Below are positions 48,263 through 58,900 of a stretch of DNA of 64,000 nt, in pieces. The translations under genes and the position numbers were made by a program. Under the pieces are notes generated by a model. The model was not told where the DNA came from. It saw only the letters and a list, made by a program, of their open reading frames with translations, and ran no database searches. How positions within the stretch are numbered: the first letter of the stretch is position 1; the number at the start of each line of letters is the position of its first letter. Origin of the DNA: Acidobacteriota bacterium (GTDB lineage Bacteria; Acidobacteriota; UBA6911; RPQK01; CBDEGM01); the NCBI GenBank assembly GCA_965237715.1, contig CBDEGM010000002.1, positions 422 to 64,421 on the forward strand, written 5' to 3'.

Positions 48263-48605
48263 AGAAGGCGCCCACGGCGTAGCGCAATTCCGACTGCCTG
48301 ATCTTGTAGTCATAGACAGCCTGGCATACTCGCTTTGAGCCCCTATGTGTGCAGTCCGGGCTGTAACCAATTCGACACAGTCGGATAATTCCATCCGATA
48401 CCTTGCCCTGGCAAGCCGCAGTATTCTCGACAAACTTGAAAGTCTCATCATTGAGCTCGAACCCATAGTTTCGTGCCAAAGAGGTTTTGATGTCAGAAAG
48501 CTTTATCGAGAAAAGAGAGTAATCAATTACAACCTCGCACGCGGCCTCTCTGCCGGTTCGTGTTCCTACGGTCGTGGGTTTGCCTTCCGCTTCCTTCAGC
48601 TTCAC
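48261..48605 (-). CDS. Hypothetical protein (GTG start)
   Basis: 114-aa ORF in an AT-richer remnant region. No motif recognised. Confidence 0.3.
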   Translation of the reverse strand: MKLKEAEGKPTTVGTRTGREAACEVVIDYSLFSIKLSDIKTSLARNYGFELNDETFKFVENTAACQGKVSDGIIRLCRIGYSPDCTHRGSKRVCQAVYDYKIRQSELRYAVGAF

Positions 48606-48959
48606 CTCACGGCTACGCCTTGCGGTTCGGCAACGGTTGACGCCATCATCTCCGTCAAGTACCTTTCAACTTGATAGATCCAGCACACGCTGGGCACACT
48701 ATCGCCGCCGTCCCGGCGGCTGCCGGCTGGAAGCCGGCGTTACTTTCCGACGGGTCTGTTGTTCCTTGGGAGGGCTCGGACTGAATGCATAGCCCTCACC
48801 GGGGCTGATACCTTGGCGCTATTACCTGCCGCTCCTTTGGAGCTGGCTCCAGCCCCAAGGAGGCGGTAGAAAATAGCCAGGGGCCAAAGCCCCTCGACTC
48901 GGAGATGGGTCCTGAGGGAGCCCTGTAAGGGCGGCACCTCACGGAGCCAGACATGTTCA

Positions 48960-49511
48960 GTGGAGCTCAGTGCGGGACCCGTAAGAGTTTATAATGTTGG
49001 GAAAATCCGGAGGAAGGGAAGGCAGTTGGTCTCCAGCGAAGAATTCAGGTCGGCAGTGGCCCACTTTGCCACGGGAGTGACGGTAATCACCACGGTCGAT
49101 GACCAGGGCCAGCCTCACGCCATGACCGCCAACTCCTTCACTTCGGTGTGTGTGGAGCCGCCGGTTGTTTTGGTCTGCGTCGCCCACGGGGCATACACCC
49201 ACGAATTTCTGGAGCGGACCCGCCGCTTTGGGGTGAGTATCCTGCGTCAGGATCAGGAAGATCTGGGAGTGTACTTTGCCAGGCGACCCAAAGACCGGAC
49301 GGGAGCGGCAGAATACAGCTTTACCAGGGCCGAAGAAGGAGTTCCGTTGCTGGACCACTGCATGGTTTTCTTCGGTTGCCAGGTGATCGGGTCCCACGTT
49401 TACGGAGACCACACCATCTATCTGGGACAAGTAAAGGAGATACGCCAGAACGATGCCGACGCACCTCTGATGTTTTTCCGCAGCCGCTGGTACAACCCAG
49501 ACAAGGAGTGA
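48960..49511 (+). CDS. Flavin reductase-like (FMN-binding split-barrel) protein
   Basis: ..FRSAVAHFATGVTVITT.D..G.PHAMTANSFTSVCVEPP.VLVCV.. is typical of the HpaC/NADH:flavin oxidoreductase family. Confidence 0.85.
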   Translation: MELSAGPVRVYNVGKIRRKGRQLVSSEEFRSAVAHFATGVTVITTVDDQGQPHAMTANSFTSVCVEPPVVLVCVAHGAYTHEFLERTRRFGVSILRQDQEDLGVYFARRPKDRTGAAEYSFTRAEEGVPLLDHCMVFFGCQVIGSHVYGDHTIYLGQVKEIRQNDADAPLMFFRSRWYNPDKE

Positions 49512-49512
49512 A

Positions 49513-50445
49513 TTATCCTTGGACGCTCGCCACCTGCGAGTCCGAACCTGGAATTCCCTTCTTTGGTTCCTCGAAGTGTCTGCCCGCTATGAAGGCCTTT
49601 ACATAGGAATCCTGGGATGAGTGGAATTCTTGTTGGTTCCCCTCGAAATGGACCTGTCCATCCTTGAGCAGGATGATCCGATCCGAAACCATCTCGACAC
49701 ATTTCAGATCATGGGTGACGACGATGGAGGTGAGATGTTCCTGTTGATTCAACCTTCGGATCAAACGGCTGAGCGATTTTCCGATGATAGGGTCTACGCC
49801 GGTGGTGGGCTCATCGTAGAGGATGGCTTCGGGGTTGTTGGCAATAGCCCGAGCGATCGCCACCTGCTTTTTCGATCCCAGGCTGAGTTCGGTGTAGTCG
49901 AGATCGCCCATTCCGCTCATCTCGACCGCGTCCAACAGGTAGTCGACTCGTTGACGGATTGTTTCCTCGTCACTAATCCCTTTCTCTCGTGAGGGATAGG
50001 CGATGTTCTCCCTAACCGTTAGAAAGTCGAAAAAGGCGCTACCCTGAAATACATACGACAACCGCCTGCGCACCTCCAGCAGCTCAGACTCCTCCATCTG
50101 AGTGATGTCTTTGTCTTTGAAGAGGATCTGACCGTGCTCTGGCCTGAGGAGCCCCACGGCGAGCTTGAGGAGGACACTTTTTCCGCTGCCGCTTTGGCCG
50201 AGAATGCCCAGCGTCTCACCGACGAAGATTTTCAGGCGAATCCCTTTCAGTACGGGATTGCTTTCGAAGGATTTATGTACGTCGACAAACTCCAGCAGGG
50301 CGTCGCCTTGGAACGCGTCAAACTGCGAGGGAACGGTGCTGTCCGGTTTCCTCTGTCGGCGGCGAAAGAAAGGGCGGCTCAACAGGACAGTGATGAGCAC
50401 GACATACGCGATAAGGATGACCAGAAGGACGATCTTGAAGAGCAC
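49513..50445 (-). CDS. ABC transporter ATP-binding protein (MlaF-like) with an N-terminal TM segment
   Basis: Walker A GQSGSGKS, signature LSLGSKKQVAIARA, Walker B ILYDEPTTG. The N-terminus MLFKIVLLVILIAYVVLITVLL is hydrophobic. Confidence 0.88.
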   Translation of the reverse strand: MLFKIVLLVILIAYVVLITVLLSRPFFRRRQRKPDSTVPSQFDAFQGDALLEFVDVHKSFESNPVLKGIRLKIFVGETLGILGQSGSGKSVLLKLAVGLLRPEHGQILFKDKDITQMEESELLEVRRRLSYVFQGSAFFDFLTVRENIAYPSREKGISDEETIRQRVDYLLDAVEMSGMGDLDYTELSLGSKKQVAIARAIANNPEAILYDEPTTGVDPIIGKSLSRLIRRLNQQEHLTSIVVTHDLKCVEMVSDRIILLKDGQVHFEGNQQEFHSSQDSYVKAFIAGRHFEEPKKGIPGSDSQVASVQG

Positions 50446-50451
50446 AAGCCG

Positions 50452-50820
50452 TCAGTGGCGAATCTGGAATCGGATCAATTTCTTGGCCATTTCCAGCTTT
50501 CGGTAGCGGCCGCTTCGTTTGTATTTGTGAAGCCACTGCCGGAGCTCACGCGAGTTGATCTCCAAAACCTGGCACACCCAGCGGAAGCTCCCGGCGTGAT
50601 TCTCCTGAGAAAAAAACCATTCAATCGCATCTTGCCGCCAAACCTCCCATTCAGCGTTGGAGGATTTCTTGGGTGCCACTATGTCTCGAAAGGCCTGCAG
50701 CAGAATGCCGAGAGCCAGATTCCTCATGGATGGATCGGGTTTCCTCGTCTGCGGATACAGTCCCTCGCTTTCAATAACCGATGCCTTCATCTCACCTTTA
50801 CCATTCCCTTGCCAAAGCAT
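50452..50820 (-). CDS. Hypothetical protein
   Basis: 122-aa ORF immediately upstream of the ABC ATPase on the same strand. Confidence 0.4.
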   Translation of the reverse strand: MLWQGNGKGEMKASVIESEGLYPQTRKPDPSMRNLALGILLQAFRDIVAPKKSSNAEWEVWRQDAIEWFFSQENHAGSFRWVCQVLEINSRELRQWLHKYKRSGRYRKLEMAKKLIRFQIRH

Positions 50821-51078
50821 ACTTTTTATATGTTTTTGTACAAAAAGTCAAGCAAATGCGTTTTCAATAGGTTTGATGCATTCGGGGGTAGGAAAGTTTC
50901 GCCCACGGTGAACTTTTTGCCGATTTTTTCTGCTCTTTCCTGTATTTTTGCGGGTATCGCCCCGGCGGGAAGGGGTGGCTCGGAGAAACCCGTCAGCGGT
51001 CAGCCAGAGCCGCGCAGCCTGCGGGCCTCTTCCGGATGGGTTATAATACGATCCTCGTAAGCAGGAAGGAGGGGAATT

Positions 51079-51597
51079 GTGGCCGTTGAGGGACCTAATG
51101 CGGTGACATTGAAAGGGAATGCGTTCACCTTGGTGGGACCGGAGCTGAAAAGGGGTGAACAGGCTCCTGACTTTGTGACGATTGGATCGGACCTCAGTGC
51201 GGTTGCGCTGGCGGATACCTCCGGCAAGGTTCGCATCTTCAGCGTGGTTCCTTCTCTGGATACCCCGGTCTGCGATGCTCAGACCCGCCGCTTCAACGAG
51301 GAGGCGAGCCGTCTCGCTGGCGTTCAGATCTACACGATCAGCATGGATCTTCCCTTTGCCCAAAGCCGCTGGTGCGCGGCGGCCGGTGTCGACAAAGTAA
51401 CGATGCTTTCCGATCATCGTGACACCGCTTTTGGTACCGCCTACGGGACCCTCATTAAAGAGCTTCGGCTCAACGCCAGGGCCCTTTTTGTGTTGGATGA
51501 AAACAGTGTCATTCGCTATGTGCAGTATGTTAAGGAAGTGGGCGAGCATCCCGATTACGATGCTGCCCTGAAGGCTGCGCGGGAGATTGCCGGCTGA
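51079..51597 (+). CDS. tpx: Thiol peroxidase (atypical 2-Cys peroxiredoxin)
   Basis: ..APDF.........L.D..GKV.I.SVVPSLDTPVCDAQTRRFNEEA.. and the second Cys in ..FAQSRWCAA... Confidence 0.92.
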   Translation: MAVEGPNAVTLKGNAFTLVGPELKRGEQAPDFVTIGSDLSAVALADTSGKVRIFSVVPSLDTPVCDAQTRRFNEEASRLAGVQIYTISMDLPFAQSRWCAAAGVDKVTMLSDHRDTAFGTAYGTLIKELRLNARALFVLDENSVIRYVQYVKEVGEHPDYDAALKAAREIAG

Positions 51598-51604
51598 ACC
51601 GGTA

Positions 51605-51640
51605 CGCAGATTCGAAAATCCGAATCACACAAACCCTCTC
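51605..51640. repeat. TTCGAA/CCGAAT short motif block downstream of tpx
   Basis: cgcagattcgaaaatccgaatcacac. Same motif family as 17255-17300. Confidence 0.4.
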
Positions 51641-51712
51641 ATTAGGAATAAGAAGGTAGGAGCCGCCTCAGTGCGGCGAAAAGAAGTTCGCATCAGGTGA
51701 AGGTGGCCCTTT

Positions 51713-53413
51713 TCACTTGGGGTAGGAATTCTGAACGACGGCAGCGTTTGCTGCCGTCCAAGTGCATAGAAACACCAGCCGCACGATTCTTTCCATCTTG
51801 GCGTAGTTGATCTTTTCGGGAGTGTCCCCCGGACCATGATAGTCGGGGTGCAGCCCCGTATGGAAAAAGAGGATCGGAACACCTCTGTTGAGGAAGGGCC
51901 AATGGTCACTTCTGCGCAGCAGATTGGCTTCATGGTTATCGTAGCGAAACCTCAGCCTGAGGCCGATTCTCTCGTTGCTCTCAGTGACCAGACGGCGAAA
52001 ACTCTCGCTGCGGGTGTATCCCAGCACATTGACCGCATCTGCGTTTTCCTCTGCGCTTTGCTCGCTGAGGCCGCGGAAACGAAGGCTGGTGGGATCGGGA
52101 ACCTCTTCATTACGGCCGATCATATCCATCTGAAACATGGCGACGGTCTTTTCCAGCGGGAAGGAAGGCTGCGCCACATAGTAGTAGGAACCTAGGAGAC
52201 CCTGTTCTTCAGCATTCCAGCCGGCAAACAAAACGGAACGTCTGGGTCTATTGGAATTCAGGCAGAACGCCTCGGCAATTTCAAGCAGGCCGGCGGTACC
52301 GCTGGCATTGTCATCGGCCCCGTTGTAAATCCGTTCATCGCGTACTCCGATGTGGTCAAAATGAGCGCCAAGGATCACCACTTCATCCCTGAGCACGGGA
52401 TCTGAGCCCCGAAGGAGACCCAGAACGTTACGAAGACGGACCTGATTCCGGACGATAGAGGTCTCCAGGGTGGCCTGGACACCTGCCAGAGGGAAACTAC
52501 TGGGTTGGTACTTGCGGTCAATGCCTTCCTGAATCTCCTCCAACTTTCTTTCCGTTCCCTTCATCAGTGTGGCGGCGATTTTTCGTGAAGCATAGACGGC
52601 CGGAATGGTCACCTGATCAATCCAGATCTGAAGGGTGTAGCGGGGGCGGGAGGTATTCTCCGGCCAGGTCCGCTTGGCATTCTTCGAAAAAGGTGCCGGG
52701 CCGGGATGATTGGCCCGATCCTGTACGATGATCACGCCGGCAGCGCCATGGTTTTGGGCGTTCAGGATTTTGTGGAGCTCCCGGGAGTAATCGGAATTGA
52801 CCAGTCCCTCGAAAATACTGTCTGGATCCTTTTCGCCGGGCTCGTGATCCATCACCAGGACCAGTTTCCCTCGAACGTCAATGCCCTGGTAGTCGTCATA
52901 CTGGTGCTCTGGTGCACTGATTCCGTAGCCGGCGAACAAAACGGGAGCGGTTACTTTTCCGTTGCTGGAAAGAAGGGAGGGAAAAAAGTCCTCCTTGAGG
53001 AGCGCGGTGGTGGCCAGGGGAGAATCCTGAAATCGAACCTCGAAACGATTCGATTCGGAGAGCTGAGATTGTACTAGCGAGAAGGGCTGAAAATGGCTTC
53101 GATCCCCTACGACAGGCTCCAAACCCATGAGCTCAAAGCGATGAGCCAGGTAGCCCGAAGCAATTCGGTTGAAGAGCGTATTCGTGTCACGGCCCTGCAT
53201 CTCATCTGATGCCAGAAAATACAGATCAGACTTTAGATCAGCCGACCGGATCGTCTCCATTGCTTGAAGGGAAGGATCATCCGGCAGTGCCGTAAGGAGA
53301 ACGATCAGGCCTGATATCGAGATGGTGGCGAGCGTGAACTTGATCATCAGCGACACTGTTTCTCTCCAAGAGGAGTGTGCGCCATTGTACTGGAAAACCA
53401 CAAGGTTCATCAT
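51713..53413 (-). CDS. M28-family aminopeptidase with PA domain
   Basis: ..LGAHFDHIG.., ..GADDNASGTAGLLEIAEAF.., ..FAGWNAEEQGLLGS.., ..HPDYHGPGD... Confidence 0.85.
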   Translation of the reverse strand: MMNLVVFQYNGAHSSWRETVSLMIKFTLATISISGLIVLLTALPDDPSLQAMETIRSADLKSDLYFLASDEMQGRDTNTLFNRIASGYLAHRFELMGLEPVVGDRSHFQPFSLVQSQLSESNRFEVRFQDSPLATTALLKEDFFPSLLSSNGKVTAPVLFAGYGISAPEHQYDDYQGIDVRGKLVLVMDHEPGEKDPDSIFEGLVNSDYSRELHKILNAQNHGAAGVIIVQDRANHPGPAPFSKNAKRTWPENTSRPRYTLQIWIDQVTIPAVYASRKIAATLMKGTERKLEEIQEGIDRKYQPSSFPLAGVQATLETSIVRNQVRLRNVLGLLRGSDPVLRDEVVILGAHFDHIGVRDERIYNGADDNASGTAGLLEIAEAFCLNSNRPRRSVLFAGWNAEEQGLLGSYYYVAQPSFPLEKTVAMFQMDMIGRNEEVPDPTSLRFRGLSEQSAEENADAVNVLGYTRSESFRRLVTESNERIGLRLRFRYDNHEANLLRRSDHWPFLNRGVPILFFHTGLHPDYHGPGDTPEKINYAKMERIVRLVFLCTWTAANAAVVQNSYPK

Positions 53414-53560
53414 CTCTTGAGGGGCTCGTCAAAACCATGAAAATAGCGACGATGGCTTTTGGCGAGCGGCAATTGTATAAGAGTGAGAAGAAAGATCGAT
53501 AAGGTTGTCAGGACGGAGGAAATGACTGCGACTGCTACTATTTATGAAAGTGAGGGTGGT

Positions 53561-54777
53561 CTCAACCCATCGACGCAACACTTTGCCTTGAAAGGAGGAG
53601 GTGGAGTGTATGCGGATGAAGCAAAGAGCTCGTCGCGGTTACACGCTGGCGGAACTGGAGGAGGTGTGGGACCGGTGGAAACGAGGAGAGTCGCTAAAGT
53701 CGATTGGACGCGTGTTTGGTAAACAGCCGTCGTCTGTTTACCATCAGCTTGTTCCGTACGGAGGCATCCGTCCTCGGCCACCACGCCGTTCATGTTTGGC
53801 ACTGACTTTGTCGGAGCGCGAAGAGATCTCTCGAGGCATTGCGGCACATCAATCGATACGATCCATCGCCGGGTTGCTGGGTCGCTCACCATCGACGGTG
53901 AGCCAGGAGATTCGCCGGAATGGCGGCGATGATGACTATCGAGCAGCGGAGGCCGATGAGCGAGCCTGGGAAAGGGCCCGCCGTCCGAAGCGGTGTCAGC
54001 TGGTCAAGCATCCACAACTACGACGGGTAGTGGCCAGAAAGCTCAGCATAAACTGGTCGCCTGAGCAGATCGCCAACTGGCTGAAACGAGCCTATCCGAA
54101 GGATCCGTCCTATCACGTGTCTCACGAGACCATCTACCGCAGCCTGTTTGTTCAAGCCCGTGGTGCGCTGAAGGCAGAGCTGATGCAGCATCTACGGTCA
54201 AAGCGGACGATTCGTCGATCCCGACATGCAAGTCTGAGAGGCCATGGACGAGGACAGATCACCGACATCGTATCGATCCGTGAGCGCCCGGCCTCGGTCG
54301 AAGATCGTGCCGTGCCCGGTCATTGGGAAGGCGACCTGCTGTCCGGATCGAAGAACAGCCACATTGCGACTCTGGTCGAACGTCATACGCGCTACGTGAT
54401 GCTTACGAAAGTCTCCAGCAAGAAAACGGAAACGGTCGTGTCGGCGCTCATCAAGCACGCGAAGAAGCTGCCGGCGGAGCTGTACAAATCTCTGACTTGG
54501 GATCGAGGCCTGGAGCTTGCCGAGCATCGACGGTTCACGTTGGCGACCGACATTGATGTATACTTCTGCGATCCTCAGAGTCCATGGCAGCGCGGTTCGA
54601 ATGAGAACACCAACGGTCTACTCCGACAGTACTTCCCCAAGGGAACGGACTTGTCGGTGCACTCTCAGGCGCATCTGAACAAGGTGGCACGTCAGCTGAA
54701 CGAACGGCCCCGTCAGACGCTGGAGTTTGAAACTCCGGCAGAACGATTTAACGCTTGTGTTGCATCGACCGGTTGAG
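53561..54777 (+). mobile_element. IS30-family insertion sequence (1217 bp)
   Basis: Inverted termini CTCAACCCATCGACGCAACAC and the reverse complement of GTGTTGCATCGACCGGTTGAG. Possible 3-bp duplication TGG. Confidence 0.85.
53610..54776 (+). CDS. IS30-family transposase
   Basis: HTH N-terminus, ..PGHWEGDLL.., ..LTWDRGLELA.., ..YFCDPQSPWQRGSNENTNGLLRQY... SD AAAGGAGGAGG lies upstream of ATG 53610. Confidence 0.93.
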   Translation: MRMKQRARRGYTLAELEEVWDRWKRGESLKSIGRVFGKQPSSVYHQLVPYGGIRPRPPRRSCLALTLSEREEISRGIAAHQSIRSIAGLLGRSPSTVSQEIRRNGGDDDYRAAEADERAWERARRPKRCQLVKHPQLRRVVARKLSINWSPEQIANWLKRAYPKDPSYHVSHETIYRSLFVQARGALKAELMQHLRSKRTIRRSRHASLRGHGRGQITDIVSIRERPASVEDRAVPGHWEGDLLSGSKNSHIATLVERHTRYVMLTKVSSKKTETVVSALIKHAKKLPAELYKSLTWDRGLELAEHRRFTLATDIDVYFCDPQSPWQRGSNENTNGLLRQYFPKGTDLSVHSQAHLNKVARQLNERPRQTLEFETPAERFNACVASTG

Positions 54778-54831
54778 CTGGCAAGTACTAAGCAGCAGGA
54801 AATACGCACCCTAAAGCATTTCTACGGTCTG

Positions 54832-55971
54832 ATGGCCCGAACCCGGGACTTTCGTCTGCAGGTTGTAGAGGGCATCTTCAAAGGCCGGCCAATCGACCCT
54901 GCTCCGAGAGAAGGGCTGAAAGAGGCGCTTGCCTTACTGGAGAACATTCCCAGAAAGAATGACGAGCCAGTTCTTTTTCTCGATGAAGGAAGAAGGATTG
55001 GAGTGGATCTCACTTATGAAATCATTGAACTGAGAAAGGATATTGTTTACCTCGAAAAGGGTGAGGCAGAGCTGATTGGCTATCTTGAAACGCTTCACTC
55101 CGGCCTGCGGGAGCGAGTCGATCAGGCTGTCGAGAAACTCAGAGGCTTGCAATTCAACTGTTTTATTACGGACCGCGACGGTACCATAAACAACTATTGT
55201 GGCCGCTACCGTTCCTCGATTCAGTCGGCTTACAACTCCACTTTTCTCACCCGTTTTGCAAGAAACAGGACCCTCCACTCCATCATCGTGACCTCCGCCC
55301 CGCTGGAAGCTCCTGGGATCCTGGACGTGAGCGTCGATCCGAAACGAGCGATGATTTATGCGGCCTCAAAGGGTAGGGAGTTTATCGATCTCAGTGGGAA
55401 GCGAAGAACCCATCCCATCGACCAAGAGAAGCAGAAGATATTGGACGGCCTGAATGAAAGACTCGGTCAGTTGGTGAAGGAGCCCGCCTTTGAAAGATTT
55501 TCGCTCATCGGCTCCGGGCTGCAGATCAAGTTCGGCCAGACCACGATCGCTCGGCAGGACATCAGCGGATCCATACCGGAAGCTGAATCCGAGAGTTTCC
55601 TCAAGAAGATCGAGACCCTCGTTTCTGAAATGGATCCGCAGCAGGATCATTTTCGAATCGAGGACACAGGCCTGGATATCGAGATACACCTTGCTACTGA
55701 GGACTCTCACTTCGACAAGGGCGATGCGGTGAAGTATCTCGAGAAGGAACTCAACCTTGAGATGGCCAAGGGCCCGCACCTCATATGCGGGGATACCTCC
55801 TCTGACGTTCCCATGGTAGAAGCTTCGATGGCAAGAAGCAGGAACACCTGGGCTATCTTTGTCACGAGGGATGCCGGCCTTTCGGAAAGGGTGAAGTCTA
55901 CATCTGCAAATTCGCTCGTTGTTCCAGAGCCGGACATGTTGGTAGCGATCCTGGCCTTCTTGTCCCTATAG
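54832..55971 (+). CDS. HAD-superfamily phosphatase-like protein (trehalose-phosphatase-like), function uncertain
   Basis: HAD motif I FITDRDGTI and a distal ..ICGDTSSDVPM.. (motif IV-like). ATG at 54832 lies 54 nt after the IS30 end, and the frame is open upstream into the IS. Confidence 0.55.
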   Translation: MARTRDFRLQVVEGIFKGRPIDPAPREGLKEALALLENIPRKNDEPVLFLDEGRRIGVDLTYEIIELRKDIVYLEKGEAELIGYLETLHSGLRERVDQAVEKLRGLQFNCFITDRDGTINNYCGRYRSSIQSAYNSTFLTRFARNRTLHSIIVTSAPLEAPGILDVSVDPKRAMIYAASKGREFIDLSGKRRTHPIDQEKQKILDGLNERLGQLVKEPAFERFSLIGSGLQIKFGQTTIARQDISGSIPEAESESFLKKIETLVSEMDPQQDHFRIEDTGLDIEIHLATEDSHFDKGDAVKYLEKELNLEMAKGPHLICGDTSSDVPMVEASMARSRNTWAIFVTRDAGLSERVKSTSANSLVVPEPDMLVAILAFLSL

Positions 55972-55984
55972 AGGTTCAAACAGA

Positions 55985-58900
55985 TTGCCTTCAGCAAAAT
56001 TCAGGGGTGCCATTCTGGATCTGGATGGAGTCGTCACTGCAACGGCCCGTGTTCATGCCCTTGCCTGGGAAGGCATGTTTAATGATTTTCTTCGCAAGGT
56101 CGCGAAGAGGGAAAACAAAAACGTCGTGCTGTTTGATCGCAAGAAGGATTATCTCCAATACGTTGACGGCAAACCCAGAAGAGAAGGTGTCAAGAGTTTT
56201 CTGGCATCAAGAGGGATCAAACTTCCTTATGGGACACTGGATGACCCGCCCGACCGGGAAACCCTCTGTGGTCTCGGTAATCGCAAGAACCTGGACTTCC
56301 AGGAGCGACTACGCCGTGACGGCCCCGGACTCTTCGACAGCTCAGTCCGATTCATTCGAAATCTCAGGAAAAAAGGCATTCGAGTGGGTGTGGCCTCCTC
56401 CAGCCGAAACTGCCAGACGATCCTGAAGCTTGCAGGAATCGAAACCCTTTTCGAAACTCGAGTCGACGGAGAGGTCTCCCGTGAGCTGAAGCTGAAGGGG
56501 AAGCCCAGACCCGACATTTTTGTCACTGCCGCCAGGAATCTGGGGCTCATCCCCGGTGACTGTATGGTGGTCGAAGACGCGATCGCCGGCGTGGAAGCCG
56601 GCAGGAACGGTAACTTTGGGCTCACCCTGGGGATTGCCCGAGAGGTGAAGGGGGAAGTGCTCAGGCAGCACGGAGCGGATCTGGTGGTGCACGACCTTTC
56701 CGAGGTCAGTGTGGAAGAGATCGAGAACTGGTTTGAACGTGGAATCGATCGGGATGGCTGGGTGTTGACTTATGAGGGTTTTGATCCGGAGGAGGAAAAA
56801 TTACGGGAAGCCCTCTGTACCGTGGGAAACGGGTACATGGGTACGAGAGGTTGCTTCGAAGGCGAGAAAGCCTCCGCTGTTCACTATCCGGGTACCTACA
56901 TTGCGGGGGTTTACAACAACCTTGCCACACGGATCGAGGACAGGAAGGTCTTCAACGACGATCTTGTGAATTGCCCGAACTGGCTTCCCATCGAATTCAG
57001 AATCGGAGGTGGAAATTTTGTCAGTCCGCTCGAGTTGGAGGTGCTCAGCTATGTGCACACGCTGAACATGAGAGAGGGCGTGATGGAGCGTTCGATCGTT
57101 TGCAGGGACACCATGGGCAGAATCAGCCGCATCCACAGCAGGCGACTTGCGAGCATGGCCGATCCGCACCTGTGCGCCATCCGTTATGAAATGACACCTC
57201 TGAACTACTCCGACCTGATTACCGTCAGGTCCTCACTGGATGGAACGGTAATCAACGAGGGTGTTGCCCGTTATCGCGGACTGAACTCGAAGCACTTGTC
57301 CGCGGTGGATCAGGGGAAGACCCGAGACGGCATCTTTCTTCACGTTCAGACCAACCGGTCCAAGTGCCAGATCGTCATGAGCGCCAGGACGGCGGTTTCT
57401 GTGGACGGGAAGCGACTGGTGGTCGAAAAACGTGTCAAGCAGGAGAAGGCCAGGGTATGTGAGGAAATATCGATCCTCGCTCAGGAGAACTCCACCTACA
57501 GGGTGGAGAAGCTGGTCAGTGTGTATACATCCCACGACCCCGGTATTTCCAGCCCCAGGAAGGCAGCCCGTGAAGCTCTTTCGCGAGCAAGGACTTTTCA
57601 TGCTGTCTATCGGCGACACCTGAGAGCCTGGGAGGCGCTCTGGGAGAAGTGTGACGTCAGGATCCGCGGCGACCGGTTTGTTCAGAGGGTGGCCCGGTTG
57701 CACATTTACCACCTGCTGGTCACCGCCTCTCCCCACCATACGGGTTTGGATGCAGGAATACCGGCCCGGGGACTCCACGGCGAGGCATACCGGGGACACA
57801 TCTTTTGGGATGAGCTCTACATCTTGCCCTTCTTCAACCTTCGCCTCCCCGAGATTTCACGAGCCCACCTGATGTACCGATACAGGCGCCTGGACGCGGC
57901 GAGGAAATACGCCCGGCAGAGTGGCTACAGCGGAGCTATGTATCCCTGGCAGACGGCGGATGATGGTCGGGAGGTTACCCAAGTCGTCCACTACAACCCC
58001 AAGGATGGTACCTGGGGGCCGGACTTGAGCCGCCGCCAGAGGCATGTATCCATTGCTGTCTTCTACGATGCGTGGAAATACGTCTGCGATACAGGTGATA
58101 GAAGATTCCTGGAGGAGTATGGCGCCGAGATCATGTTGGAGATTGCTCGCTTCTGGGCGAGCATCACACGCTTTAGTGCCGACACCGGTAGATATCACAT
58201 TGAAGGGGTTATGGGGCCGGACGAGTTCCATGAAAAATTGCCAGGAAGCAGCCGAGAAGGTCTCAGCGACAATACCTACACCAACATCATGGTGGTCTGG
58301 CTCCTGGAAAAAACACTGGAGTGGATAGAACGCCTTCCCAAGGACAGGTTGCAGAAGCTGAAGAGGAAAACGGGGTTTCAGATCGGCGAAACGGAAAAGT
58401 GGAAAGCCATCACGAAGAAGATGAATGTTGTTTTCGTGAATGGAAAGGTTCTCAGCCAGTTTGACGGGTATCATCTGCTCAAGGAGCTGGATTGGAATGC
58501 GTATCGCAGAAAACACGGCCAGATTGGCCGTATGGATCGAATTTTGAAAGCGGAAGGGGATTCTCCAGATGCTTACAGGGTTACGAAACAGCCGGACGCT
58601 CTCATGATGTTTTACCTGCTGCCGGCCCAGGAGATCGTTCGCCTGTTGAGCCGTCTAGACTACCCGATCGCTGACGCGCTTGCCTTCCTGAGGGCGAATT
58701 TCGAATACCACGAAAAGAGAACCACTCACGGCTCTACCCTCAGTTCAGTGGTCCACGCAGTCATCGCGAGTTACCTCCAGCTGAGTGATGCGGCGTGGGA
58801 CTGGTTCCTGAAGGCAGCGAAAAGCGACATCTTTGACACGCAGGGAGGAACCACCAGGGAGGGGATCCATTGTGGGGTCATGGCTGGTACCGTGGATTTC

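Noticed and set aside
50848-51549. 233-aa ORF on the minus strand
   Set aside because: It is antisense to the well-supported thiol peroxidase gene. No motifs.
53541-53556. tatttatgaaagtgaggg next to the IS30 left end resembles the MITE terminus tatttatgaaagggag
   Set aside because: Only about 14 nt are similar and there is no second end nearby. This is probably chance or an unrecognisable scrap.
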